Both the position numbers and the translations under genes were made by a program. A stretch of 64,000 bases of DNA, taken from assembly GCA_026395915.1 (NCBI GenBank), contig JAPLXU010000015.1:85-64084 (forward strand). Reading direction: 5' to 3'. The notes beneath the pieces are model-generated. The model saw only the letters and a program-made list of their open reading frames with translations, did no database searches and was not told where the DNA came from. The stretch comes from Candidatus Nomurabacteria bacterium. GTDB taxonomy: Bacteria > Patescibacteriota > Minisyncoccia > Phycocordibacterales > UBA9973. This document shows positions 29,701 to 39,223 of this stretch, piece after piece. How positions within the stretch are numbered: the stretch's first letter is position 1; every line of letters begins with the position of its first letter.

Positions 29701-29944
29701 CTTTGCGACTTCCTGCTGTCATGTAGGCTTCAACCCCGATGATGGGCTTGATGCCTTCTTTCTTTGCGAGTTTGTAGAATTCAATAGCGCCATACATGTT
29801 GCCATGGTCGGTGAGAGCTATAGCTGGCATTTTGAATTTCTTGGCGAGGGCGATTAAATTCTCAATCTTCGATAGTCCGTCGAGCAGAGAGTAATGACTG
29901 TGCGTATGCAAATGTATGAATTTAACCTCTTTTTCCATTTCCAC
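26717..29944 (-). CDS. dnaE: DNA polymerase III alpha subunit
   Basis: HLHTHSHYSLLDG (PHP domain), PDIDMD, HAAGVVI, KFDFLG. Confidence 0.97.
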   Translation of the reverse strand: MEMEKEVKFIHLHTHSHYSLLDGLSKIENLIALAKKFKMPAIALTDHGNMYGAIEFYKLAKKEGIKPIIGVEAYMTAGSRKDRTAEAGGTKRYYHLILLAKNLEGYKNLLKLVTIANLEGYYYKPRMDKEILRRHSGGLIALSGCLGGELSQTVLKGDMKKADELVLEYQDIFGKENYFIEIQCHPSVENDKAVRNSLVALAKKHGVSVVATQDSHYPCSDDHDAHHTLLQINTQGDAKDGAKFEFSDDDFSVISTEKALEIFKDVPEAVENTKKVADMCNLELELGKWVFPDFKIEDGKTPDEKMRELVYLGFDRLKIEKKPETLERVEYELKVIKDKGYAPYFLVVGDLLRHAKENGILTTIRGSVAGSMATYLLGITNVNPIEYKIPFERFLNPFRPSAPDIDMDYADNRRDEMIEYVKKKYGEDKVAQIGTFGTMMARGAVKDVARALGYPYAVGDRLSKMIPMGSQGMPMTIDHAMEMTPELKTAYNTEKDTKKIIDLAKKLEGCVRHISVHAAGVVISPLPLVEYVPLQYDPKGENKIITQYDMYNIEEAGLLKFDFLGIRNLSILADAVSLVKRFYNVNIDIENIPLDDKKTFRLLASGQTEGLFQLNGSGMTKYLKELKPTSIHDINAMVALYRPGPMESIPEYIKRKHNPKLVKYMDPRMKKYLGDSYGLIVYQDDLLLSAIELAGYNWEEADKFRKAVGKKIPAEMAAQREKLTKGIIKNGQTPEFAEKLWKLFEPFQAYGFGKAHAASYGKVAYQTAYMKANYPVEYMASILTAESGDVEKISEIIQECKNMNIPVLPPHINESYGGFTCLPEEKDTVISETNTSKKIRFGFYTIKNLGTDISDAIIRERKLNGKFKSITDFLDRIKHKNLNKKSLEALIKSGCMDEWGDRGIMLANGEAMLEYNHEGTKQNENQISLFGGANSIKAPEFKLQDAKVATQAEKLLWEKELLGLYISGHPLDRIREKLESRNMNIKKIKEEIGNGMQITIAGIIETARIVITKNNERMAFLKISDLTDSIEAVTFPSIFKESVDILIAEKCIALSGKVSLRNGEKSIIIEALKEV

Positions 29945-30024
29945 ATAATAGCATATTTTTTCTTAATCTTCCGAACACTTATTTCAGTATGGCAAAGAGT
30001 ATTTTGTGATATACTTAAAATGAT

Positions 30025-30372
30025 ATGGAAGAGCAAGGTGGCGGAATTCTTAAAAGAGATTTTAGAAAAGTGGCTTATGAAAAAGCTATCAAAAAAGCTG
30101 TCGATGGTCCATTTGCTTTAAATGCAAAAGATCATTTAGCTTTAGGTAGTACTCCGTCCTTTAAGTTGAAGAGTGATTCTGAAAAAGCGTTACATGAACT
30201 ACTTAGTGACACTGAGATTGAGGGCATTTTGGATGAAGCTAATAATCTAATTAATGATAGAAGTGTAGCGGAGTATATAAAAGAATCCCAAAGAGACTTT
30301 TTGTTAAAATCTATACCTTTCTTAAGAAGAATTGGCAAACTCCCCGAAAAATATAAAAATGTTCAAATTTAA
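30025..30372 (+). CDS. Hypothetical protein
   Basis: ORF with upstream -10-like TGATAT. Confidence 0.55.
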   Translation: MEEQGGGILKRDFRKVAYEKAIKKAVDGPFALNAKDHLALGSTPSFKLKSDSEKALHELLSDTEIEGILDEANNLINDRSVAEYIKESQRDFLLKSIPFLRRIGKLPEKYKNVQI

Positions 30373-30378
30373 TTCAAA

Positions 30379-30687
30379 ATGGAAATTAAAAATTTCACAA
30401 CGGATATAGATAAATTTTTAGATGGTTTAGAAAAGGGAGTAAGAAGCAGGGTTTTGCAGGTTTTTGATATGTTGGAACTATGTGGTAATGAAATTGGAAT
30501 GCCTTATAGTAAAAGTTTGGGCAGTGGACTTTTTGAACTACGCATATCTGGAAAAATTCATATAAGAATAATATATTGTTTTTATCAAAATAACGTTATT
30601 TTACTTCATGCCTTCATAAAAAAGGCTGACAAAATACCAAAAAAAGAGTTATATTTGGCTAAAAGAAGGCACAAATCAATTCTTTAA
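30379..30687 (+). CDS. RelE/ParE-family (Gp49-like) toxin
   Basis: MPYSKSL..GLFELRI...LLHAFIKK. Confidence 0.85.
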   Translation: MEIKNFTTDIDKFLDGLEKGVRSRVLQVFDMLELCGNEIGMPYSKSLGSGLFELRISGKIHIRIIYCFYQNNVILLHAFIKKADKIPKKELYLAKRRHKSIL

Positions 30688-30731
30688 CTTATTCACTTGC
30701 TTAATATAACACATATGTTATACTTAAAAGT

Positions 30732-31034
30732 ATGAATAAAGAACAAAAAAAATCAATAAAAGATATGACATCCTTTTCCGACTTGAGAAAAAAATGGATG
30801 AAAGATCCTGAGTTTAAAAAAGCCTATGATGATCTAGAGCCGGAGTTTGCTATTGTCCGCGCTATGATAAAAATGAGACTAAAAAACAAAATGTCTCAAA
30901 AAGATTTAGCGAAAAAACTTGGCACAAAACAACCCGCGATAGCTCGGTTTGAATCTGGAGCATATAATCCGACACTTTCATTCTTAAAAAAACTTTCAAC
31001 TGCGCTTGGTGGAAAATTAGAAATTAAAATTTGA
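30732..31034 (+). CDS. XRE-family HTH antitoxin
   Basis: SQKDLAKKLGTKQPAIARFESG. Confidence 0.9.
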   Translation: MNKEQKKSIKDMTSFSDLRKKWMKDPEFKKAYDDLEPEFAIVRAMIKMRLKNKMSQKDLAKKLGTKQPAIARFESGAYNPTLSFLKKLSTALGGKLEIKI

Positions 31035-31059
31035 TTTTAAAAGTGATATAATAAAATCT

Positions 31060-32103
31060 ATGAAAACAATCAAAGTTGGTATCAATGGTTTTGGGAGGAT
31101 AGGCAGAGCTTTTTTAAAAGTTGCTTGGGATAGGCCGGAGATAGAAATTGTGGCAGTTAACGATTTGGGTAGCGTAGAAAATATGGCATACCTTTTGAAA
31201 CATGACACGGTTTATCGAGAATGGAAACATCCCATTAGAGCCGAAGTCTCTAACGGGACAGGCGAGAATTATATTGTGGTTGGTGATAGAAAGGTAAAAG
31301 TTTTGGCGGAAAAAGAACCGAACAAACTTCCTTGGAAAAATTTGGGCGTTGACGTGGTGGTAGAGTCAACTGGACTTTTTACTTCTTACGATAAAGCAAA
31401 AATGCATTTGGATGCGGGCGCAAAGAAAGTTGTTATTTCCGCTCCCGCCAAAGAAGGAGATGGCAGTGTGAAAGGTGAAACTATTTTGCTCGGAGTTAAT
31501 GAAGAAAAATTCGGTATTTGTGACATCACTTCGAATGCGTCTTGCACGACGAACGCAGCTTCGCCGTTAATCGCAATAATGGACGAAAGCCTCGGCATCG
31601 AGAAAGCGATATTAAATACTGTGCACGGTTATACTGCCAGCCAGGGAATTGTAGATGGACCGAACAAAAAAGATTTCCGAGAAGGTCGCGCGGCGGCACA
31701 GAACATTGTGCCTAGTTCGACGGGAGCGGCGATAGCTGTAACCAAAGCATTTACAAAATTGGAAGGACTTTTTGATGGCATTTCAATGCGTGTGCCCGTT
31801 CCGGCAGGATCCATCGTTGACATCACTTTTATTTCAAAGAAGAATACGACAGCCGAAGAGGTGAATAGCATTTTGAAAAAAGCATCGCAAGAAAAAAGAT
31901 GGGAGGGGATTTTCAATGTTACAGAAGAAGAACTCGTCTCGAGCGATATTTTAGGAAGTCCGTACGGCTCAATAGCCGATTTGAAAATGACTAGAGTTGT
32001 CGGAGGGAATCTTGTGAAAGTTATGGGCTGGTATGATAATGAAATGGGGTATACGTTTACTCTAGTCGAACATGTTATTAAAACAGGTGGGACAATAAAA
32101 TAA
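31060..32103 (+). CDS. gap: Glyceraldehyde-3-phosphate dehydrogenase, type I
   Basis: GINGFGRIGR, ASCTTN, WYDNE. Confidence 0.97.
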   Translation: MKTIKVGINGFGRIGRAFLKVAWDRPEIEIVAVNDLGSVENMAYLLKHDTVYREWKHPIRAEVSNGTGENYIVVGDRKVKVLAEKEPNKLPWKNLGVDVVVESTGLFTSYDKAKMHLDAGAKKVVISAPAKEGDGSVKGETILLGVNEEKFGICDITSNASCTTNAASPLIAIMDESLGIEKAILNTVHGYTASQGIVDGPNKKDFREGRAAAQNIVPSSTGAAIAVTKAFTKLEGLFDGISMRVPVPAGSIVDITFISKKNTTAEEVNSILKKASQEKRWEGIFNVTEEELVSSDILGSPYGSIADLKMTRVVGGNLVKVMGWYDNEMGYTFTLVEHVIKTGGTIK

Positions 32104-32145
32104 TAATTTATAGAAATAAAATAGGATCTGTGTTATAATTATCTT

Positions 32146-32376
32146 ATGCAAAAAAATAATTTATCTTTTAATCTTCCCGTTGTGATTACCAAGCAAAATA
32201 AGCGTTTTGTGGCTTTTACTCCTGCGCTTGATTTGTCTACTTCTGGGAAATCTGTGAAAGAAGCAAAAAAAAGATTTATCGAAATGGCTAATCTTTTTCT
32301 GGAAGAGATATTTGAAGCTAAAACTGCAGATGATGTTTTATCCGAATTAGGTTGGAAAGGCAGTGTAGTATTATAA
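32146..32376 (+). CDS. HicB-like protein, possibly truncated
   Basis: FVAFTPALDLSTSGKSVKEA; no adjacent HicA. Confidence 0.55.
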   Translation: MQKNNLSFNLPVVITKQNKRFVAFTPALDLSTSGKSVKEAKKRFIEMANLFLEEIFEAKTADDVLSELGWKGSVVL

Positions 32377-32654
32377 TGGTAATATTAAAATATATGCGAA
32401 AGAATCGATATATGATTATTTTGGGATTGACTACAGCGTTGGTTATATTTTTTGTTTCCTCCTCATACATTCGATTAACACCCCTTTTTTATATAATCCC
32501 AACCTTCTTGATTCTTTTTGGTATAATTAGTTATACTAAATTAAATAAAAAATGGGTAGCTGTGATTTCATTGGGTGTAATTGCAATTGTTGTTCTCATT
32601 CTTGTTTTTTTTAGTTGGATGTCGACTCACCCTTTTAGTGGATTTATAACATAA
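32376..32654 (+). CDS. Small membrane protein
   Basis: Three hydrophobic segments. Confidence 0.55.
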   Translation: MVILKYMRKNRYMIILGLTTALVIFFVSSSYIRLTPLFYIIPTFLILFGIISYTKLNKKWVAVISLGVIAIVVLILVFFSWMSTHPFSGFIT

Positions 32655-32666
32655 TAAAAAAATAAT

Positions 32667-33146
32667 ATGAAAATTTACGTTGGAACAGATCATGCGGGGT
32701 ATGTGCTCAAGGAACATCTTGTGACTTCTTTAAAAGGCGCGGGGTATGAGGTTGAAGACATGGGCGCTTTTGGATATAACGAGGAAGATGATTATCCGGA
32801 TTTTGTCATGCCGGTTGCGCGCGCTGTTTCGAAAAATCCAGACAGCGTCAAAGGCATCATCCTTGGCGGGACAGGGGAAGGAGAAGCGATCGCCGCGAAC
32901 AAATTTCCTCACGTCAGAGCTGTCGTTTATTATGGAAAAGCAAAGCCAGTCGTGGATGACGAGTCGGATATCATAGTCAGATCAAGGCAACATAATAATG
33001 CAAACATTCTTTCCATTGGCGCCAGATATTTTACAGAAGATGAAATGATGGAAGCAGTCAATCTTTGGCTTGCGACTCCTTACAGCGAAGGCGAGAGGCA
33101 TATTCGTCGGCTAGCAAAGATAGACGCAGTTCAGATAGATAAATAA
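32667..33146 (+). CDS. rpiB: Ribose-5-phosphate isomerase B
   Basis: GTDHAG, DYPDF, HNNAN, RHIRR. Confidence 0.93.
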   Translation: MKIYVGTDHAGYVLKEHLVTSLKGAGYEVEDMGAFGYNEEDDYPDFVMPVARAVSKNPDSVKGIILGGTGEGEAIAANKFPHVRAVVYYGKAKPVVDDESDIIVRSRQHNNANILSIGARYFTEDEMMEAVNLWLATPYSEGERHIRRLAKIDAVQIDK

Positions 33147-33154
33147 ACATAATT

Positions 33155-33862
33155 ATGGCTGAAATAATTCCGGCGATATTAGAAAAAAATTTTAATGAAA
33201 TAAAAAACAAGCTTACGGCCTTGCGTGAGCAAACGAAGTGTGTACACATTGACGTTTGCGATGGCGTCTTTGTGCCAAGCGTGTCTTGGCCTTTTGGCTT
33301 AGGTCATTTGGGCGGGTTTGAAGATTTTGATTTTCAAAAAATTATGAATGAAGAAGAGGGGATGCCGTTTTGGGAAGATTTTGATTTTGAATTTGATTTG
33401 ATGGTGGCGGACGCGATAAAAAATTTTGATTTGTATTTGAAGTTAGGTGGCAAGAGAATTATTTTTCATCTAGGCGAAGGAGATGATGTTGAAAAACTCG
33501 AACATTTCTTGGAAGGACTCGATATGTATGTGCGAGACATGGTGGAAATTGGCGTTGCTTTCAAGCCGAGTGATGATTTGTCGATAGTGTCTAGACTTTC
33601 TCACAAGGCTGATTTTCTACATTGCATGGGTTCTGATAAAGTCGGTTTCCAAGGAGAAAAATTTTCTGACAAGGCGCTCGAGAATATAAAGTTTCTCAAA
33701 AAAGATTTGCCTGGAATTGTGATATCGGTGGATATTGGTATCAATTTGGAAAATGCGCAAAGCATACTGGACGCTGGGGCGGACAGGCTAGTCATAGGTT
33801 CTAGCATTTGGAAAAATGGAGACCCAATCGGCGCTCTCCAAGCTTTTCAAAATCTGGTATAG
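33155..33862 (+). CDS. rpe: Ribulose-phosphate 3-epimerase
   Basis: HIDVCDGVFVP, VDIGI, GADRLVIGS. Confidence 0.88.
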   Translation: MAEIIPAILEKNFNEIKNKLTALREQTKCVHIDVCDGVFVPSVSWPFGLGHLGGFEDFDFQKIMNEEEGMPFWEDFDFEFDLMVADAIKNFDLYLKLGGKRIIFHLGEGDDVEKLEHFLEGLDMYVRDMVEIGVAFKPSDDLSIVSRLSHKADFLHCMGSDKVGFQGEKFSDKALENIKFLKKDLPGIVISVDIGINLENAQSILDAGADRLVIGSSIWKNGDPIGALQAFQNLV

Positions 33863-33869
33863 TATTTTC

Positions 33870-34214
33870 ATGAATATAAAAATAATAGACAAGAAAATAA
33901 AAGAATCGGAACTTCGCGAGATTGCTAAAGAATTTTATGGAAATTTAATAAAAGGCGTGGTGGATATTGATCGAGAAATTCTAGCTATGGGCGGGGAATA
34001 TCATATGGATGCAAATGTTGTTCTTGTTGAAAATGGCTCTAAACAAAAAGATATTTGGGGTTTCAACTGGTATTTTGACAAAGAAGGAGATGGGCGGATT
34101 GAATATGTGTCTTTGATAAATATCCGCCCAAAACAAAACAACAGGACTATGGAGGTGCAAAATGTTTATTTGCGTGATAAAATGAAATCAGTAATATTAA
34201 GATATATATCATGA
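33870..34214 (+). CDS. DUF5674-like protein
   Basis: KGVVDI...GGEYH...DIWGFN...SLINIRP. Confidence 0.7.
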   Translation: MNIKIIDKKIKESELREIAKEFYGNLIKGVVDIDREILAMGGEYHMDANVVLVENGSKQKDIWGFNWYFDKEGDGRIEYVSLINIRPKQNNRTMEVQNVYLRDKMKSVILRYIS

Positions 34215-34501
34215 ACACAACTCGCACACCACTTTTCTATATGGCAAACCTTGGCAGCGAAATTTCTCGCGCTCTTTTGGAGTATGAAAAAAAAGATTTT
34301 CAAAAGATGCGAGACTCTATACTTCGCGCGGAAGACATAATAAAGAAAATTAAAGAGTTCGAAGAAATGAAAGGCAGGACTGGTGAGCTTGAAATTCTTA
34401 AATCAATTATTGCTGATCTAAATCAAAAGAAATTTGAAATCAACAAAGATCAATTGCTTAGTTATTTTAATCCGTTTGTAGATCGTTTAATGTCTTTATA
34501 G
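34211..34501 (+). CDS. Hypothetical helical protein coupled to the DUF5674-like gene
   Basis: ATGA overlap; MANLGSEISRA motif. Confidence 0.7.
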   Translation: MNTTRTPLFYMANLGSEISRALLEYEKKDFQKMRDSILRAEDIIKKIKEFEEMKGRTGELEILKSIIADLNQKKFEINKDQLLSYFNPFVDRLMSL

Positions 34502-34513
34502 TTTTTAACAATT

Positions 34514-36168
34514 ATGTATGCAAAAAATATTAAATCTGCATTTTACGAGAGAGAGAGAGAGTAAAATCGCCTCGCGATTTTAATTTTGGTTTCGTCAAAG
34601 CCGTTGCGGTTTTGTTCTGCGTCGGTTTTTTGTTGCTTGGATTATTTGGATTTGCTAATCACGCCAGCGCGACCACCTATGTTTATCAATCTCAATTCGG
34701 GACAAGCGGTTCAAGTAACGGACAATTCAGTACTCCCTACGGTATAGCAGTATCAGCTTCAGCTGGGAAGATTTATGTTACTGATTATGGAAATAGTCGC
34801 GTTCAAGTTTTCAACTCTTCAGGAGTTTTTCAATCGCAGTTCGGAAGTTTTGGCACAGGAGACGGACAATTTAAATATCCAACTGGTATAGCTGTAGATT
34901 CTTCAGGCTATATGTATGTTGTTGATTCTGGTAACAATCGCATTGAAGTTTTTAATCCCTCAGGTGTCCTTATATCAAAGTTTGGGAGATCTGGATCTGG
35001 CAATGGTAGACTCCTCAACCCAGCTGGTATAGCGGTAGATTCTTCCGGGAACATATATGTCGTTGATTCTGGAAATTATCGTGTTCAGGTCTTTAACCCC
35101 TTTTATGCTTATCAGTCATCATTCGGAACGCATGGCTCAGGCAATGGGCAATTCAATAATCCTTATGGCATCGCGCTAGATTCTTCAGGTAACATATATG
35201 TGTCTGACTATGATAATAAAAATATTCAGATTTTTAACTCCTCTGGCGTCTATCAATCTCAGTTTGGGAGTTTAGGTTCAGGAGATGAACAGTTTAATTA
35301 TCCTCAAGGCGTAGCAATATTATCTTCCTCGGGAAACATATATGTGCTTGATTCTGGCAATAATCGCGTTGAAGTATTTTCACCAGTAACCTCCCACACC
35401 ATCACAGCCACAGCCGGCGCCAACGGCACCATTTCTCTCACAGGAGACACAAGCGTAGACGACGGGGCTTCCCAAACCTTCACCATCACCCCAGACGTAA
35501 GTTATCACATAGCCAGTGTCCTAGTAGACGGCATCTATCAAGGAGTCCTTCCAACCTACACTTTCACAAACGTCACCACCACCCACATAATCTCTGCCAC
35601 CTTCGCAATCACTACTCACACTCTTACTCCAACAGCAAATGGCTACGGCACCATCTCTCCATCCACAACTACCACAATCAATGACGGAGACTCTCAAACC
35701 TTTACCATCACCCCAAACAACGGTTACCGCATCTCTGACGTTACAGTAGACGGAATTTCTCAAGGATCTATTTCTTCCTACACTTTTTCAAATGTTACAA
35801 CCAATCACACAATCACAGTCTCTTTCGTCCGTCGTCCAACCGGTCGTCCTTATGTTCCTCCTGCACCAGTTGCTCTTCCGCCAGTCACAACCCCTCCAGT
35901 AATTACAATCACTCCACCTTCAACAAATCCAACAACCACAACTTACAATTTCGGAACCACTACTCTCAAAAACGGCAGCCGTGGCGAACCAGTCAAAGAA
36001 CTCCAAAGATTCTTGAATGCTAAACTCAATCTTAATTTAACCATTGATGGCAAACTAGGTCCAAAGACTATCACTGTCATCAAAGCATGGCAGAAAGCTC
36101 ATGGTTTAACCCCTGATGGACTTATTGGAGCAAAGACAAAAGCAAAAATGAATGCCTCAGTTAATTAA
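34514..36168 (+). CDS. Surface protein with NHL repeats, InlB-B-like repeats and a peptidoglycan-binding domain; out of frame with its ATGs at a (GA)7G tract
   Basis: GQFxxPxGIAVDSSGNIYV repeats; the main frame is open from the GA tract (34547-34561); ATGs at 34514 and 34518 are in the other two frames. Confidence 0.85.
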
Positions 36169-36206
36169 ATAGTGTTTTTTTATATTTGAGTGGTATAATT
36201 GGTGTA

Positions 36207-37073
36207 ATGTTTTTAACTGATGAAAAAATAAAAGAACTTGGGATCAAAGCGAACGATATTCGTAAAAGTATTATTGAGATGCTTGTGGAAGCAGGAAGTG
36301 GACACACAGCAGGGCCTCTAGGGATGGCTGATATTTTTACTCTTTTTTATTTTCATATCTTAAAGCACGATCCAAAAAATCCTGAATGGGAAAAACGTGA
36401 CAGAGTGGTGCTCAGTAATGGGCACATTTGTCCGGTCTTGTATGCGACGTTGGCGCATGCCGGATATTTTCCACTTGAAGAATTAAAAACTTTGCGCAAG
36501 TTCGGCTCTCGGCTTCAGGGGCATCCTTGGCGGGAACTTTTGCCAATATTAGAAACTTCGTCTGGACCTCTTGGCGCTGGACTCTCGCAAGCTGTCGGTA
36601 TGGCGCTCGCTGGTAAGATGGATAACAAAGACAAAGATGGTTCGACTTTGCTCACCACAAGCAGATTTATTTATTGTTTTATGTCCGATGGTGAGCTCGA
36701 CGAGGGGAATTCTTGGGAGGCTATAATGTTTGCTAGTAAAAATAAGCTGAGAAATTTAATTGCCATTGTTGATAGAAATAAAATTCAAATAGATGGCCCA
36801 ACAGAAAGTATTATGCCTCTCGAACCTCTTGCGTATAAATGGCGAGCTTTTAATTGGCACGTGATAGAAGTTTCCGGACATGATTTCAAAGCGTTGAACG
36901 AAGCAGTTGAAGAAGCGCAAGCTGTTACTGACAAGCCGACTGTCATAATCGCTCACACGATACCGGGCAAAGGCGTGAAAGAATTTGAAAACGATTATAG
37001 ATGGCACGGCAAAGCGCCGAACAAAGAAGAAGGCAAAAAAGCGCTTGAAGAACTTTCAGCTTTAAGGTTTTAA
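36207..37073 (+). CDS. Transketolase, N-terminal subunit
   Basis: SNGH, LQGHP, SDGELDEG, WHGKAP. Confidence 0.95.
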   Translation: MFLTDEKIKELGIKANDIRKSIIEMLVEAGSGHTAGPLGMADIFTLFYFHILKHDPKNPEWEKRDRVVLSNGHICPVLYATLAHAGYFPLEELKTLRKFGSRLQGHPWRELLPILETSSGPLGAGLSQAVGMALAGKMDNKDKDGSTLLTTSRFIYCFMSDGELDEGNSWEAIMFASKNKLRNLIAIVDRNKIQIDGPTESIMPLEPLAYKWRAFNWHVIEVSGHDFKALNEAVEEAQAVTDKPTVIIAHTIPGKGVKEFENDYRWHGKAPNKEEGKKALEELSALRF

Positions 37074-37088
37074 AATAATTTATTTTTT

Positions 37089-38087
37089 ATGCTTAACGCA
37101 AAATTAAAACTTAATCCGAAGATTTTCAATCAAGATTGTGAACAAGTGCCTATTAGAAAAGGTTTCGGGCTAGGTTTGGTTTTGGCAGGGGAAGCAGACA
37201 AAAATGTCGTAGCTCTTTGCGCGGATCTGACCGAATCAACGCAGATGAATTTTTTCAAGGAAAAGTTTCCAGAACGTTTTGTTGAAGTCGGCGTGGCGGA
37301 GCAGAATTTGGTGACGATAGCTTCCGGCATATCAGCGATGAAGAAGATTCCTTTCTGTTCTTCTTACGCGATGTTCAGTCCGGGCAGAAATTGGGAGCAA
37401 ATAAGGACGACGATAGCCTATAATGACAGAAAAGTGATAATTGTCGGTTCCCACGGAGGTGTTTCTGTCGGACCGGATGGCGCTACTCATCAAGCTCTCG
37501 AAGATATTGCTTTGATGAGAGTGATGCCGAACATTGATGTAGTTTCTCCTTGCGACGCGCTCGAGGCGAAAAGGGCGACTATCGAATTGGCGAAAAGCAA
37601 GAAGCCGGCGTATCTGCGTTTAGCTCGCGAAAAGACGCCGATAATCACTACCGAAGAAACTCCTTTCGAATTAGGCAAGGCGGAAATTTATTGGTTACCG
37701 GATGTTGGACTCGCGCAAGTTGGCATAATTGTTACTGGCGGTCTCTTGTATCGAGCGCTTATTACAGCGAAAGAATTAGAGGTCGAAGGAATAAAAATTA
37801 AAGTAATGAATCTCTCTAGTATTAAACCGATAGACGCGAATGCCATCATTGCTCTCGCAAGAGAGACAAAAGCGATAGTGACTGTTGAAGAACATCAAGT
37901 CGCTGGAGGTATGGGGAGCGCGGTGGCGGAAGTTCTTGCAAAGAATTATCCTGTGCCTATGGTATTCATAGGAGTTCAAGACAAATTTGGTCAATCCGGC
38001 ACGCCAGACGAGCTAGTGGAATATTACGGCATGGGCAAAAATTCAATAAAAGAAGCGGTGAAAAGGGTTTTACAGAGAAAAGTATAG
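37089..38087 (+). CDS. Transketolase, C-terminal subunit
   Basis: GVAEQN, DGATHQ, VEEHQ. Confidence 0.95.
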   Translation: MLNAKLKLNPKIFNQDCEQVPIRKGFGLGLVLAGEADKNVVALCADLTESTQMNFFKEKFPERFVEVGVAEQNLVTIASGISAMKKIPFCSSYAMFSPGRNWEQIRTTIAYNDRKVIIVGSHGGVSVGPDGATHQALEDIALMRVMPNIDVVSPCDALEAKRATIELAKSKKPAYLRLAREKTPIITTEETPFELGKAEIYWLPDVGLAQVGIIVTGGLLYRALITAKELEVEGIKIKVMNLSSIKPIDANAIIALARETKAIVTVEEHQVAGGMGSAVAEVLAKNYPVPMVFIGVQDKFGQSGTPDELVEYYGMGKNSIKEAVKRVLQRKV

Positions 38088-38189
38088 AACGAACTTTTTT
38101 CGGTACAGATTTTTTGAAGCTTAAAAAATCCTGAAGTTCTCGGCTCGTCAGCCTCGAAACCCCTCCAAAAGTTGTTCTATACTTTTCTC
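38075..38189 (-). repeat. REP-like element between convergent genes; the outer stem includes both stop codons
   Basis: 38075-38090 is the exact reverse complement of 38174-38189; the core is the reverse complement of the 26030 element. Confidence 0.9.
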
Positions 38190-39178
38190 GTCTTATAGTC
38201 TTCCGGCGCGATTTTGAGATATTCTTCCAATTTTTCTCGCGAGAGTAATCCTTTTTGGGCGCCGATTTCTTGTACCACGGACATGGAATTTATCGGTCCC
38301 CAAGTGAAAGCTTCGAGAGGAGATTTACCTAGGGCTAGCGCGCATGTAACAGTCGAAGAAAAAGCGTCTCCGGCTCCAGTGCGTTCGAATGGCGGAGCTA
38401 TGTCGGGATAAATCGGTAGATGCCAAAGTTCATTGTTAAAATAGAGATAAGCTCCATTTGGTCCATCGCTGATTGAAACCATTTTTGGACCCAGAGCTTG
38501 AATGCCTTTTGATAAAACCAAAATGTCTTTGTTTTGAATTCCGAGAATGATTTCGGCTTCTTCAACGTTGCAGAAGAAAATTTCTGTTCGCGCATAGATG
38601 TTTTTTAATTTTTCAACACCGAATTTTATCTGGAAAGTTCCCGGCTGGAAGGCGAGCTTTGTTTCTGGGTTATTTTTCAGGTATTCCGATATCTCCTCAT
38701 GGTAAGGAAGAGAATTTTCCGCGAGCGAGCTCAAATACATCCAAGATGATTTTTTCAGCTCGGGAAGTTTGTATTCAAATTTTGTGTGCTTGATCAGAAT
38801 CGTGCGGTCAATGTCATACCAAAGAACGTAATGATAATTTGTGATTTTACTTTTTTCTGTAGTTACGTAATCAGTAATGACTTTGTCGTTTTTCAAACTA
38901 GTAAGACAATCTTGTCCGTGTTTGTCGTCTCCGATATTGGTGACAAGCGATGAACACAATCCGAGTCGAGCGGCGCAAACGGCGGCGTTCGGACTGTTTC
39001 CTACAGCAGGCACTACTGTGACGGATTCATAAGGAACCTTGTCGCCAAAACGCACGCAAAGCTCGCAAGCGTCTGAGTCGATCTTGCAATGCACATGGGC
39101 GTCCTTCAATCTAATAAATGCGTCTATAACGATATCCCCAATAGCTAGGAAATCTATTTTATTGTTTTCTGCGCTCAT
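38177..39178 (-). CDS. PfkB-family carbohydrate kinase
   Basis: GNSPNAA, ERTGAGDAF. Confidence 0.92.
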   Translation of the reverse strand: MSAENNKIDFLAIGDIVIDAFIRLKDAHVHCKIDSDACELCVRFGDKVPYESVTVVPAVGNSPNAAVCAARLGLCSSLVTNIGDDKHGQDCLTSLKNDKVITDYVTTEKSKITNYHYVLWYDIDRTILIKHTKFEYKLPELKKSSWMYLSSLAENSLPYHEEISEYLKNNPETKLAFQPGTFQIKFGVEKLKNIYARTEIFFCNVEEAEIILGIQNKDILVLSKGIQALGPKMVSISDGPNGAYLYFNNELWHLPIYPDIAPPFERTGAGDAFSSTVTCALALGKSPLEAFTWGPINSMSVVQEIGAQKGLLSREKLEEYLKIAPEDYKTRKV

Positions 39179-39223
39179 GTTATTATTGTAGCATATCATC
39201 TTATAAAATATAAAGAGCTGTGT

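Noticed and set aside
26717-29944. Intein or intron in dnaE
   Set aside because: Normal length and no splicing motifs
34680-35380. Periodic repeats resembling an array
   Set aside because: These are protein-coding NHL repeats with no spacers; no CRISPR array or cas gene was seen in the window
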